A stretch of DNA of 64,000 nucleotides, from positions 428,296,001-428,360,000 of the forward strand of contig OZ024740.1 in the NCBI GenBank assembly GCA_964016885.1, given 5' to 3'. A program made the translations under genes and the position numbers. Shown here in pieces: positions 25,669 through 38,937 of the stretch; position 1 is the stretch's first letter; every line of letters starts with the position of its first letter. The notes under the pieces are model-generated. The model saw nothing but the letters and a program-made list of their open reading frames with translations, made no database searches and was not told where the DNA came from. The stretch comes from Eledone cirrhosa (lineage: Eukaryota).

Positions 25669-25687
25669 TATATATATAAAACTGAGG

Positions 25688-25719
<32 letters not shown>

Positions 25720-25965
25720 ATGTCTGTCTGTATGTCTACTAAAACCTTCGGCACACGTCTCCTCTTAAACCGTACTTTCAAATTTCGGTGAAATTGCTAC
25801 ACTTATAGATGAAGGTCCGTCGGAGTCATCGGTCAAACATTTTTTCAAATTGACCCACGCCAGTGTAAAAATCGAATTTGTAATGTATTGATTTTTCAGT
25901 TCAAATGTATAAATAAAGATGAGAGACGAGTTATTTCCCTTTTATGCCGTCATTTGCTTATCTAT
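25669..25965 (+). mobile_element. Non-autonomous Helitron H1, 5' portion
   Basis: ctatatatataaaactgagg + (gtct)n start; homologous to the reverse complements of 27870-28138 and 30295-30544. Confidence 0.7.
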
Positions 25966-25968
25966 TTA

Positions 25969-26830
25969 TTAGCAGAGGTACCCGGCGTTGCTCGGGTATT
26001 AAATAGCAGTTATGTATACCATTTATGTCAATACTTCAGTACTGCTTCGAAAACTATACTTTTACAAAATCATCGGCTTTTTCCAAAAGGGGCTTCCTGC
26101 CCCCAGGGATCCCCTACTCAATATGTGCCAATTCTGAGAGTTCACATTCATCTGTAGAACAAACGTAGCCCATGTGTCAAGTTTTGTGAAAATCGGTTGC
26201 GAACTCCAGAAGTTATGACGTTTTGATACATTGCACTGCACTGCAGTGCTTCAGTCAACTCCAAGGAAGTGGTTAAAGGGGGTTATCTGCCGGGAGGCCC
26301 TATAATCAATATCTGGAAAAATGAAAGTGCCCATGACCATCCGGAGTACATAAGTAACCTATGTCTTAAGTTTGGTGAAAATACTGTAGAAATGCATAAG
26401 GTTTACACAGACACGCGCGCGCGCGTGTGTGTGTGTTTGTGTGTGTGTATGTATTTGTGTGTGCGTATGTATATGTATGTGTATGTCCGGCGGAGCATAC
26501 GTATGTACTGGCCTAAATCTTCACTATTTACTTTTACTATTTTAAGGCAAAGTTAAAATCCCGTCGAGGTTAACTTTGCCTTTCATCCTTACGGGGTCGA
26601 TAAAATGAAGAACCAGTAATGTACTGGGTAATTGCTGGCCTTGTTCCAAAAGTAGAAACAACTATTTTAATAACTTCTGTCATTTTCGTTTACAATTTTA
26701 TTTACATCATTCTTAAACTCCGGGGCTGGAAATAATTCGGTTATTTTAAATAGAATATTAGTCTAACGACTCCATTTACACCATAAACTTTGTCTTGTCT
26801 TTGCATGAAATTGTTCTTTACGCTCCACAT
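25969..26830 (-). mobile_element. Non-autonomous Helitron H2 (3' end at ~25969), interrupted by a SINE S1 fragment at ~26548-26660
   Basis: Inverted copy of 30580-31287; 3' hairpin cccgagcaacgccggg followed by tacctctgctaa (decayed CTAG). Confidence 0.7.
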
Positions 26831-27224
26831 AACGACGTATTATCCTCGCTTATTTCCGTTAATTACCAGGGAACGTCTTCACGAACCAAAATATCGTCTT
26901 CCTGATTTCCTTCGGTTGCAACGTTTCTCGAAATATTTAATTCTGCGTCCACAGATAGAATTTATTAGAATTTACTCGTTAATGTTGAAAGCAGCGATTC
27001 TTTGCTTAAACTTCTTTCTTTCTCAACCCCTCTCCCTTTTTTCTCATACCCTCTCTCTCTCTCTCTCTCACTCATACCCCCTCTCTCTCTTCCTCCTGCA
27101 GAATGGAGAACAATAAAGAACGCGCAGATCTTTCTCTCTCTCTATCTCGCTCTCTCTCTCTTTCTCTCTCTCTCTCTTTATATATATATATATGTTTGTG
27201 TGTGTGTGAACCAGCGTTCGTCGC

Positions 27225-27296
<72 letters not shown>

Positions 27297-27714
27297 TTCT
27301 CTCTCTCTCTCTCTGTCTCTCTATCTGATTATGTTGTACCTCTCTCTGTATAACGACCTATCTCACTCTCTCTCTCTACATCTCCCTTTCTCTTTTTAGA
27401 TGTATGTGTATATGTGTGTGTGTGACATATATATATATAGAGAGAGAGAGTGTTGCAACATCTATGTAGTTTCATAGATTTTTGAGGGTATAAACAGAGC
27501 ATATAAATAAATTTACAGTAGGATAACATAACAAATATTTTAAATATATACATAAACTACAATATTAAAGAAAATGAAAAGGAAGGGGTGAACAACGGAG
27601 CCAACACCAGATCAAAAGTCAGCAACGTCGCGAGTACTGGCCAACCACTCTAATTTTGAGGCAAGCTAGCACACTCACAGCGTTGCCTCGGGTGATGGCG
27701 AGGCTGATGCGCTG

Positions 27715-28138
27715 AAATATTGTTTTAAAAGACTTTTTAATGGAAATGAAACAAAATGGAAATGAAGCAAAATGGAAATGAAGCTTAATGTTGAAACTTC
27801 GAACTCATGAATTTTGCAGGCCCGAAAACTGTACATGTATTTCTGTACACGTAGTTTATTCGTAACGTAAATAGATAAACAAATAACGCCTTAAAAGGGA
27901 AATAACTCGTCTCTCATCTCTATTTATATATTTGAACTGAAAAATCAATATATTACAAATTCGATTTTTGCACTTGGCGTGGGTCGATTTGAAAAATATT
28001 TTGATCGATGTCTCCGCCGGACCTTCATCTATAAGTGTAGCAATTTCACCGAATTTTGAACGTACGGTTTAAGAGGAGATGTGTGTCGACCGTTTTAGTA
28101 GACAGACGGACAGACAATCTCAGTTTTATATATATAGA
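27715..28138 (-). mobile_element. Helitron H1 partial copy
   Basis: 5' TCTATATATATAAAACTGAG on the minus strand at 28138; homologous to 30145-30544. Confidence 0.75.
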
Positions 28139-28689
28139 CTAGCAGAAAACCACCCGGTGGGCGGTTTTCTTCTAGCAAATCTAATGTATATACTGATATT
28201 GTTGAGATTTGGATGAGAAATGTTTTCGGCACCACATGTTCACTGTCTCTCGGTGTGTCTTTTATGCATGTATAAATATATATGTTATCTATACGGTGAA
28301 ATCTTTGAAATAAATATATGTTAAAACGAAAATGGAGAAAAAGAGATTAGTGACGGAAATATAAACGTTATGATACATAAACGTTATAATATAACGATGG
28401 AAATATATCTTCAAATGGTCCTTGGTATGGTGTCAAGTCAGAACCGCCTCGAACTGGTTATTTCTGGCTTGTGCAAGGTGTCTCTATAGCAACCAGCGAT
28501 TCCCTCGGCCTCAGTGACCAAAGTGAGTGGAGAGAGCAAGGTAATGTTTCTATAGCGACAATGTTTCTCTTGGTAGTACCAAAGTGGAGAAAGGAAGGGG
28601 AAGGTAATATTTCTGTAGCACCTACATTTGAGTTTTAGGGAAGGACAGACAGATAGACAGACAGACAAACAGAGAAATGCCCATATATT

Positions 28690-28691
28690 TC

Positions 28692-28724
<33 letters not shown>

Positions 28725-28752
28725 TACACACACAGAAATGTATATATATTTC

Positions 28753-28809
<57 letters not shown>

Positions 28810-29057
28810 CACACACAGAAATGTATATATATTTCTGTGTGTATATATATATATAATACACACACAGAAATGTATATATATTTCTGTGTGTATATATATA
28901 TATTTCTGTGTGTGTATATATATATATATATTACACACACAGAAATGTATATATATTTCTGTGTGTATATATATATATTACACACACAGAAATGTATATA
29001 TATTTCTGTGTGTGTATATATATATATATTACACACACAGAAATGTATATATATTTC
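28690..29057. repeat. Minisatellite of self-complementary units (acacacacagaaatgtatatatatttctgtgtgtgt) separated by (TA)n
   Basis: About 6 copies visible; each unit is an imperfect palindrome. Confidence 0.9.
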
Positions 29058-29179
29058 TTAGAACAAAATTATTATTAATGTTTTGCTGTTCATAACAATT
29101 GGAATTGAAAAATTACTTTTGAAATTATTAGTTATTTTACTAATGCTTAGATATGTAAAAATGAAGCAATGTTTCTAAT

Positions 29180-29370
29180 AATTGTTTCTACTTTTGGCAC
29201 AAGGCCAGCAAATTACCCAGTACATTACTGGTACATTATTGTATCGACCCCGTGAGGATGAAAGGCAAAGTTAACCTCGGCGGTATTTGAACTCAGACCG
29301 TAAAGGGACGTAACTCCATGCTATGAAGCATGGTGTCCGACTCTCTACAGATTCTGCCAATCCACCACCC
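29180..29370 (-). mobile_element. SINE family S1
   Basis: Reverse complement of 4612-4797. Confidence 0.85.
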
Positions 29371-29649
29371 TAATGTCTGTACGTAATGAGGGAGTGAGAG
29401 GGGAGAGAAAGAAAGGCAGAGGTGAAGTGACGAAGTGACTCTCTCCTCCTCCTCCATCTCTCCATTCGTCACAGCGATAGAGGGGAGGAATGTTAGTGTG
29501 TTACAAAGAGAAAGAGTGAGAGTGAGAGAAACAGACAGACTAAAAGAGGGGGATAGCTGGAGAGAGAGAGAGATAGCAACCACGCGCGCACGTGTTTCCA
29601 CTGTCGGACAGACAGACAGAGAAATTGCTGGTTATATATTATAAGGAGA

Positions 29650-30544
29650 CTAGCAGTAAAGCCCGGCGATGTTCGGGGCTGCTCAGTAGCTGTGTTAAAG
29701 TTGCAATGTTAAGTTCCTTTCTTGGCTTAAAAACTGTAGAGTCTACCGTGTAGACTTTCATGTGGTACTTTTGATTAATATTCCCTCAACCAACAGTATG
29801 CCTTATGAAGTTAAGAAAACATAACCATAACCCGAATGTTAAAACAAAAGAGGATGTTGGGGATAAAAACTGCACTAGTAATCTATTAACAAAAATCGAA
29901 AATGTAAACACTGCAACACTTGTCTCAGAGAAAAACATCAGCGTAACCAAACTATCAGTTATTTTGAAACAAAGAAATTGGATGGACATGAAAAACAAAA
30001 AAAAACAAAAATACGTTATCTGTCTGTTGTTTAAAATCATTGCTTCTAAATGAAAATCTCATAAGCCTTTATTCGAGGTCAATGCATTTTTTACAAAATA
30101 TTTGCTTGTTTTACGGTGTATTCAAATAGGCTTGTTTTCAAGTAAAAATATTGTTTTAAAAGACTTTTTAATGGAAATGAAGCAAAATGGAAGCTTAATG
30201 TTGAAACTTCGAACTCATGAATTTTGCAGGTTAAAATTTTGCTGGCCCGAAAATTGTTCGTATATTGTTGAACTTTTGCACGCATCAGAATGACGCTATA
30301 AAAGGGAAATAACTCGTCTCTCATATCTATTTATACATTTGAACTGAAAAATCAATACATTACAAATTCGATTTTTGCACTTGGCATGGATCGATTTGAA
30401 ATTTTTTTTACCGATGTCTCTGCCGGACCTTCATCTATAAGTGTAGCATTTTCACTGAAATTTGAACGTACGGTTTAGGAGGAGATGTGTGCCGACCGTT
30501 TTAGTAGACAGGCAGACAGACAACCTCAGTTTTATATATATAGA
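29650..30544 (-). mobile_element. Complete non-autonomous Helitron H1 (~895 bp)
   Basis: Minus strand A|TCTATATATATAAAACTGAGG ... cccgaacatcgccggg hairpin-ctttactg-CTAG|T: 5' TC, 3' hairpin plus CTAG, AT target, no TSD. Confidence 0.8.
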
Positions 30545-30579
30545 TGTTAAGTATAAACGACGCGGTGGACGTGAAGAGC

Positions 30580-31287
30580 ATTTTCATGCAAAGACGAAAC
30601 CAAGTTTATGGTGTAAATGGAGTCGTTAGACTAATATTCTATTTTAAATAACCGAATGATTTCCAGCCCTGGACTTTAAGAATGATGAAAATAAAATTGA
30701 AAACGAAAATGACAGAGGTTGCTAAAATAGTAAAAGTAAATAGTGAAGATTTAGGCCAGTACATACGTATGCCCCGACGGACATACACATACATATACAT
30801 ACGCACACACAAATACATACACACCCACACATGTGCGCGTGCGCGCGAGTGTTAGTAAACCTTATGCATTTCTACAGTATTTTCACCAAACTTAAGACAT
30901 AGGTTACTTATGTACTCCGGATGGTCATGGGCACTTTCATTTTTCCAGATATTGATTATAGGGCACCCCGGCAGATAACCCCCTTTAACCACTTCCTTGG
31001 AGTTGACTGAAGCACTGCAGTGCAATGCAAAAAAACGTCATAACTTCTAGAGTTCGCAACCGATTTTCACAAAACTTGACACATGGGCTAAGTTTTTTCT
31101 ACAGATGAATGTGAACTCCGAGAATTGGCACATATTGAGTAGGGGACCCCTGGGGGCATGAAATCCCTTTTGGAAAAAGCCGATGATTTTGTAAAAGTAT
31201 AGTTTTCGAAGCAGCACTGAAGTATTGACATAAATGGTATACATAATTGCTATTTAATATCCGAGCAACGCCGGGTACCTCTGCTAG
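30580..31287 (+). mobile_element. Non-autonomous Helitron H2 (3' end at 31287)
   Basis: Ends ccgagcaacgccggg-tacctctg-CTAG|T; inverted copy at 25969-26830. Confidence 0.75.
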
Positions 31288-31800
31288 TATAATATATAGT
31301 GTATGTACCATTTATCTATTATTTCATTATCAAACCTATTTTCAATTTGGTGTTCAATAGACAACAGAAAAATGTACTTGTCTGACCTCCCCATACACAA
31401 CCACCACCACACCCATCTCCACCAACACCACCACCAACAACAACAACAACAACACCGCTGCAGCCACCACCACCACCACAACCACCTATACCACAACTGT
31501 GCAAAAAGCCAATTGTTATTTATTAATCTCTAGAATTCTAGATAGATAGATAGAGAGATAGATAGATAGATTTCTATTTATTTGCCACGAGGGCACAAAA
31601 GAAGGGGACATTTACACAGTGGGGGAGTTTACATAAATCGAGTAAAGAAAAAAGGAATAACAATAATAATATAACAATAAAAAGTCCTCAAAAGGGAGGG
31701 AGCGTGTTGGGGATTGCACATACCCCCGAAAAGTGTGCAACTCTTTTCGCGGGGGAAGCCCAGAGAGGAGGCGCTCCCCCTTTCCTCTTCACTTCTTCAC

Positions 31801-34800
31801 CTACAGAACAATGTAGAGAGAAGGCCCATTTACACGGGCCATTCTCGCTTCTTTCACCCACCTTTCATAAAACTGTCTGGGGCCAAGCACTTCTCTCTCC
31901 ATCCTGATCCTTCTTCCGAAGTGGTATCGGAAGAAGTAAACCAGGTGATGGCCGGAGAGAAAGTCACCCGACCTCAGACCTTTCAGGCGCGTCCACCACA
32001 CAACCTCTTTCATCATGGCTATTACGCACAGAAAGACCGCCTCTGCTTCATTTCTGAAGGGAGGAGGCGGCTTGATGTTCACCACAGACTCGGCGGTTAA
32101 TCAAATCGGCGCCACACGCGACAGCAGTCGTTCGACGTAGCCCCACAGATCGGCAACGCCCGGGCAGTGTACCAGTGCATGCGCAACGGTTTCCTCGTCG
32201 CGCACGCATCTGGGACAGATCTTTTTCGCGGGATCCCTGCCTGGGCGCCCGTGTCTGTAGAGCTTTTCTCGAACGGGCAGAGCCCCCCGGTAACACTGCC
32301 AGGCTAGGGACCTCTGGAAGTTGTCCATGGGTCCCGGGCCGAAAGTTCTACCGTACAGGCTGGCCAGTTCGTCCTCCTCCATGCCTAGCGACTCTCCAAG
32401 GGTGTCGTCGCCCTTGCTAGCCACCAACCCTCTATAGAATGTCGAGGTGGATTCTCCACTGATAGTCGGGTCCGCTTGCCAGATAGCCGTGAGCGCCTGG
32501 GCACACTCAGTGTGCCAGTTGCCCAGTTTTCTCGGTCTTTGCTTCACCCAGGATTGCAGTTCGGTGAGCGAGACGAGCTGTGGGAAGGCTCGCCTCACAA
32601 ACGGGGCCCACACCGGCTGACCGTTAAGGAATACCTGTAGATGCCGTAGCCTCAATGCGTGCCTACGCATCAACAGCCACGGCATACCCAGCCCTCCTTT
32701 CGAAGGGTGCTGGCAGCAGATGGATCTCCTCACCATGGGAGGCCGCTTCTTCCAGAGGAACTGGAAGAGCATGCGTTCCATGATGGTGAGCTTTTCCTTG
32801 GGGCAAGGCACGACTGTCAGGCGGTAGCAGATGACGGACGCTATGTAAGCGTTCGTCACCTCCTCCCGACCTTTCAGTGATAGTTTGCACTTGGCCCACT
32901 TCTGGGTCAGCGCAAACACCCTGCTCGTCACCTCGCCCCAATTCTTCTCCACCTGGAGGTCCGGTCCGAACCAGACCCCGAGCAGCTTCACCGGGCCCTC
33001 CGTCCACCGCCCGACGACACCGTCTAACGGCATCGGTTTGCCCCTCCGCGTTCCGAGTTGCAAACCGACTGACTTATCCTGGTTCAGCCTAGCCCCCGTC
33101 AGCCTTTCGTATTCCTCCAGTAGGGTGGCGATCGCCCCGATTTCCGAGGCGTCCGCCACCATTACTGTTACGTCGTCGGCATAGGCCGAGACCGCTTTGT
33201 GCAATCCCGGTTCCAGGGGTATGCCCCGCAGCAACTCCAACTTCCGCAGCAGTGGCTCGAGAGTCAATACGTACAGAAGGGAGGAGAGGGGGCACCCCTG
33301 TCTGATGGACCGGGTGATTTGAAACGGCTCCGAGAGGTAGCCATTTACTTTAATCCTAGAGTAGATGTTGCCACTGTGCATGGCAGAAATCCAGCCCCTG
33401 AAAACGGGTCCGAAGCCCGCCGCCGCTAGCACCGCATCCAGTTAACCATGGTCGACCCTATCGAACGCCTTAGATTGATCCAAGTTGATCAGGGCCCCAC
33501 CAAAGCCGATGTATCGCATGAGGTGGAGGTTGTCGTGAATGGACCTGGACGGGATAGCGCATGTCTGCGCGTCTCCCACCAAACCACCCACCACAAGCGC
33601 CAACCTCTTCGCCAACACCTTGGCCAAAATCTGTAACTCTGCATTTAGCAGAGTTATGGGCCTAAAGTTACTTAAGTCGTCCCCTTTGCTCTCGTCCTTC
33701 CTCACTAGCGTGACCACGCCCTTGGTCACAGAACAGGGAATTCTCCCGTTCTGTTGCCAGTTGCAATAGACAGACTCGAGGAGTTCGGAGAACAAGACCG
33801 GCATAGCTAAATAAAGTTCGTATGGTAGACCATCGAGACTCGGAGATTTGCGTCTGCTGCATTGGCTGAGCGCTTCCCCGATTTCAGTGGCTGTGATTGG
33901 CCTTTCGCAGCACTCCGCTTCGCCTCTCGAAAGAGGCGGTAGACCGTCGAGGTATGGACCGAAGTCCACATCCCCGTCCGGCCCCCCGCCCCCTCCGAAC
34001 AGTCGAACAAAGTGCCTTTGAAAGGCCTCGCACATCCGCTCAGGTTCAAGGATCACCCGTCCATCCTGGTCTCGCAAAGACCGAATGGTGGATTTAATCC
34101 CACTCTTGGCTTCTGTCACGCGGGCCCAGCTAACAGCTTTGGTCCTCTCGTTTCCTAAAGCACGTATTTTACTTCGGACAACGCAGCCTTCGTGCTTCGC
34201 GTCAAAGAACTGGCTCAACGCCGTTCTCGCCGCTAACACTCTGGCCACGTCTCCGCTCCTAATCACCTCTTCTAGTTTATCTGTTAACTCCCTTTCCTTC
34301 CTATTTCTATTTGCCGCTAGTTCCTTACTGTAACCTATCGAACTTACTCTAATCTCACTCTTTAGAGATACCCACCACCTGCTGTTGACGATCGCTCCCG
34401 TCAACCGCATCTTAACTAAGCTACTAATCCGGTTCCTGTAATCTTTCTTTGCCGGCAAGGACAAGTTCATCTTCCAGTAACCGGGACCCTGTCTATGCGT
34501 TCTATCAAGGTTGACCACGCAGGTCACTAATTTGTGATCTGAATAGCCAACCATGATCAGTTCTGGACAACTAAATACGTCCCTATCCTTACTCCTAACC
34601 AAAAACCTATCTAGGTACGATCTAGATTGTCCACTGCGGTTTGCCCAGGTCCAGGTTGGCGCAGTTGGACAATCTAGTCGAAATCTATCGACCAGGTCGA
34701 ATCGATTGAGTAACCCCTTGAGGCTGCTACACCCCCCTCTATCGGGACATGCCCCTGCATAGTCCAAACGCGCATCTAGAATTCCATTCCAGTCCCCCAC

Positions 34801-35209
34801 TAAAAGCAGGGAACGCGACGTTCCTAGAAAGGTCTCCAGACGCTGGAAGACTTCAGCTCTTTCCGCCCCGAAGGGGGCATACAGACCGACCAGACTGAAA
34901 GCCCCGCCTTCACCGCCTCCGACGTCCAGCACCAGTAATCGACCCCCCGGGTCCGAGTGAACAATCTGTACGTCGAGAGTCAGACGTTTATCCAGCAGTA
35001 CGGCAACTCCCCCCCCCCCCGCCTCCGGGTTGACAGAGAGATGCGTGCATCTCAAAGTCATCGAAGGCGGGTGCCAGCTGTCTCACGCTGCTGATCCGAC
35101 TCTCGCAAACAACCATCACATCTATACTTTGTGACCTGAGGTCACTTAGAAGCTTTGCTTGCTTCCAAGCTGAGCCCAGGCCACGCGCGTTCAAACAGCC
35201 AACTCTCAA
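31801..35209 (-). pseudogene. LINE ORF2: apurinic-like endonuclease + reverse transcriptase
   Basis: APE motifs CLNARGL, VCESR, LVGDWNG, SYLDRF, SDHKLV; RT motifs FRPITLLN, LDQSKAFDRVDH, RQGCPLSSLLY, AYADD, LGVWF; C-terminal CPRC..ETVAHALVHC. Lesions: frameshift in a G run (~35008-35020) and in-frame stops at 33442 and 32101. Confidence 0.93.
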
Positions 35210-37062
35210 TTGATCTATTTTGGTGTTGAAAGTGAAGAAAGAAAAGCACCTACCTCTCCGGGTTGTGTAATTTCCATGGCATCAGGTGTGTTGGGTGGAG
35301 GGATGTTTTGTGGTGGTGTGGGGGTACCCGTGTGTGGTGGGTTGGGGTATTTGGAGTTGTGTCAGGGAGAGGGGCGGTTATGGGGAAATCTTTCAAGAGG
35401 ACGCGATTTAACGGTTTTAAACAGGGGGGCTCACGTCCTGTCTAAATTGTTCTTTTAAGGAACGATAAAGGTCCAGAGGGACCTTTATCATTTTTAAATG
35501 GGTGAAGTTCTCTGTTGAGATAAAGTTTGGCCCTTCGGTCTGCACCATAGGGTTATTGTTTATTAATTTAACCAGTTTTTTGTTTTCTTTATTTATATAT
35601 GTGTATATTGCAACGTCTTTTTTTGTGATGCTGTCAATGTTTCGGAGAGGGGAGGCGCAGATTTATTTTTGTTTGTTGAGGGTGGGGTGTTTTTGATTGG
35701 AGTTGGTGTTTGTGTGTGGGTTATTTGTGGTGTGCTGGGTGTATGTTTTCTTTTTTTTCTTTTAACTTGTCTGAAGGCTTCTCCCCCTTCTTCTTCAGAA
35801 GTTGGGGGAAACTCTTCAGCGCTAGGTGGGAGGGACGTGTTGTGTGGTTGTTTTTCTTTTGCGGGAGGGGTAGATTTGTTACTGTTTTTTTCATTATTTG
35901 TTTGGAATGGGTTTTGTGGTGGTGGTGGTGGTGGTAATGTTTGTGTCGTGCTTGTGGTTGGTGATGGTGGTGGTGATGTTTGTGTTGTGGTTGGTGATGG
36001 TGGTGGTGATTTTTGTGTCGTGCTTGTGTTTGGTGCTGGTGGTGGTGATGTTTGTGTTGTGTTTGTGGTTGGTGGTGTCTGTATTTTGTTTGCTGTGTGT
36101 GGTATTAGTGTATTTTTGGTGGTGGGTGGTGTTGGTGTACTGTTTGTGGTGGGTGTGGGCAATAGTCCTTTTTGGGGGATACGTTTCGGGCAGTTAGCCT
36201 TAACGTCTCCCCTTTCCGTGCATAAATAGCATGCTGGTCTTCTCCCCTCTACAATTATATCTATTGGGGTGAGGTCATCCAGCCAGATGCGATCCGGGAT
36301 TTGTGCTATTCTTTCGGGCCTCATTTGGACTAGTATGTCGAGGCCCATTCCCAGGAACGCATCTCCAGTTGTCTTCCCCATTGACAGCATTGTGTCTTCG
36401 CCCATGTCTATGAAGCCAGCAATAGCCCACCAGAAGTCCATTGTGGGCAGCATTGTTTTTACTTTTACTCTCTGTGTTCTTCTACCCATATAGGAGGGAT
36501 AGAAGCTGTATGTTGTCGATGAGAGTTGGCTTAGGGAAAGCTTCTGTGCCGTTTCCTTGTCTTTTGTTAAGACCGAAATGCTGCCATAGAGTCGGTCCTT
36601 TCGTATGAAGAGAATATTCTTCATATAGTGTTTTAGGACCAACTCTATTTCCATTTGGCTGGGCTGTGCTGGCTTTCTTGTTTGGTTCAATATAGTTCTG
36701 AAGAGAACTGTGCTCTCTGTTCTGGCTTTCTTGAATTCTGGGGGGGGGGGAGTTAATGGAAAACATACCGTTCTCCCCCAAGACTATTTGTTTTTTCGCT
36801 TCGGCCAGTTTTTCTCTGGCGGCAGTTAAGTCAATTGGTGTATATGTTATGGACGGTTTTGTTTTCTGGGCGAAAGTTGCCCTGTTGTTATTTGTATTAT
36901 TTTCTGTTTGTTTGTTTTCCGTTTGCTCATTTTCCTTAACATTTGTTTTTTCATTTTCCTTGTTTGTTTCGTTGTCTAATTTTGTTGTAATTATTTTTTG
37001 TTCTTCAGACTTGGGGGCGTGGCAGAGCTAATGGCAGACATGTCTGCCATCTTTTCCGCCAT
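35210..37062 (-). pseudogene. LINE ORF1 (gag-like, zinc knuckle, Pro/Thr-rich), frameshifted
   Basis: Main open segment 35593-36690 with VEGRRPACYLCTERGDVKANCP (CX2CX4HX4C with H replaced by D). Upstream pieces in other frames are joined at G/C homopolymers. Boundaries approximate. Confidence 0.7.
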
Positions 37063-37337
37063 GCTGCCAAGAAAGAAATTTTTCGGCAAAAAAATAGATA
37101 TTTATTTTACCCCCTAAAAAGGGGGTAAATGCAAAAATGTTTCCCTAAATAACAGGGGTTAGTGTTCCAAATGTGTTGCACTGAAAAATTTATCTGGTAC
37201 TTACTATAGTAAGGGTAAATCCCGATGGAATAGCGGAGCCGATGTGAAGCGTGTCTTACTCTATCAAGATAGATAGAGAGATAGATAGAGAGATAGAGAG
37301 ATAGATAGAGAGATAGAGAGATAGATAGATAGATAGA

Positions 37338-37800
37338 TTTCTTTATTTGCCACAAGGGCGCACAAGAAAAGGGGACAATACAAAGACATAACGGGATTTT
37401 ACATACAATCGTGTAAAAAAAAACTTTAACAAACAAATTCAACAATCAAAATCCCCAATAGGAGGGAGGCGTTACAAATGAGTTCTTTAATACCCCGTGG
37501 ATAGAACAACCCTCAACTCCAGGAGCATGTTGTGTAAGTGCACCTTTCTTCCTTTTGCTATCTTCTTCAGCCTACAGGCTTATATACAGAGAAGGCCCAG
37601 TCACTCGCACCATTTTTGCCACATTCACCCACCTTTCAGTAAATTTACTGGGGTGCACTACCTCTCTCTCCACTCTGATTCTCCTTCTAAAGTGGTACCT
37701 AAAGAAGGGAATGAGTTGTCCGGAGAGAAAGGCATCTGTCCTCAGTCCTCTCAATGTTGTCCACCATATAGCCAAACAGCCAGTCGTCTCTGTTTGGTCA
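37338..37800 (-). mobile_element. 5'-truncated Tx1-type LINE, related family, in (GATA)n
   Basis: Translates AIWWTTLRGLRTDAFLSGQLIPFFRYHFRRRIRVERE...RWVNVAKMVRVTGPSL, homologous to 31801-32085; same 3' terminus. Confidence 0.88.
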
Positions 37801-38005
37801 TTGCTACAAAAGTGAGTATATTCCTGTTGCTCTTATTTGTGCTCACCTTGTGCTGTGGGTTTATCTGGGATCTTGGTCAATAGAATGTCGAGATGTCTCT
37901 TGAAAACATCAACATGTACACCATGTAGATCTCTCAGATGTGTTGACAGCTTATAACACTTCATTCTAATCTATCTTTTCATTTGTTCACCGCATTCATA
38001 TTATT

Positions 38006-38348
38006 TACGAGAGACGGCTGAACATTTCATAGGCTGACCAAGATATTCTCATGGAATGACCAAATGAGCTTTATTTTTCAACATAATTCCTGGAAAGAAA
38101 CAAACAGTTATTGATAACAAGAGTTGAATTTAATGCATACAAGATTTCACAGCTCTAGCATCACTCCTTCATAAGCTGCCAAGATACTCTCATGGAATGA
38201 GCAAATGAACTTTATTTTTCAAAACAGTTCCTGGAAAAAAATGATGCAGTTATTAATAAGAAGAGTTGAAATTAATGTATGCAAGATTTCACAGCTCTAG
38301 CATCACTCCTTTATAACCACCGTATGAACTTGTCAGCTGATACTCGTG
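38006..38348. mobile_element. Tc1/mariner-type MITE with internal ~140-bp tandem duplication
   Basis: Imperfect TIRs tacgagagacggctgaacatttcatagg / ccgtatgaacttgtcagctgatactcgtg; ccaagata(t/c)tctcatggaatga...catcactcctt occurs twice. A similar TIR-like end is at ~2996-3025. Confidence 0.6.
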
Positions 38349-38542
38349 TATGTTAAACAAAGAAAATGAGATCAAAGGAATGCTTCTTATACATTCGTCA
38401 CCAAATATATTTTGACAGATATGTAACGAATAAATCATTTGAAATTCCTCACAGTTTTATATTTACATTTGACAAATGACCACAACCCTCCATTAGTCTT
38501 GTGTTTCTCACATTTTAGTGTTTACCAAAGGGAAGGTGTGTT

Positions 38543-38728
38543 GTGGCCAGCAATTTGATGAGAGGGAGGAACGTCAATTAATTCGACTCCAGTGCGTAAC
38601 TGGTACTTTATTTTATCGACCCCGTAAGGATGAAAGGCGGGATTTGAACTTACACTCTAAAGGACCGTAACTCTATACTGCAAAACATGGCGTCCGACTC
38701 TCTACCGATACTGCTAACTCACCACCCT
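38543..38728 (-). mobile_element. SINE family S1 (variant tail)
   Basis: ctggtactttattttatcgaccccgtaaggatgaaaggc...ctctaccgatactgc. Confidence 0.8.
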
Positions 38729-38937
38729 AGAGTGAAAGTAAAATGATGAAAAGAGATTTTATATATAAAATCCGAAACTAACATATTTTAACTTACGGAA
38801 TCTAAAACTGAATGCATTTCTAGTTTTCAATGTTCCTTCCACTTAAAAAAAGGTGGTAGGGTATGTGATTTCAGGAAGGTTTGACTGTTACATCTCGCAG
38901 GTCAAGGAAATGTATACACGCTGATCTCTTTGTTTAT

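Larger units (their letters stand above)
31571..37268 (-). mobile_element. Near full-length Tx1/L1-clade non-LTR retrotransposon (~5.7 kb), inserted in (GATA)n
   Basis: ORF1 with zinc knuckle, ORF2 with APE + RT + C-terminal Cys motif, 3' UTR ending gtggcaaataaatagaaa|tctatc; gata repeats on both flanks. Confidence 0.93.
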
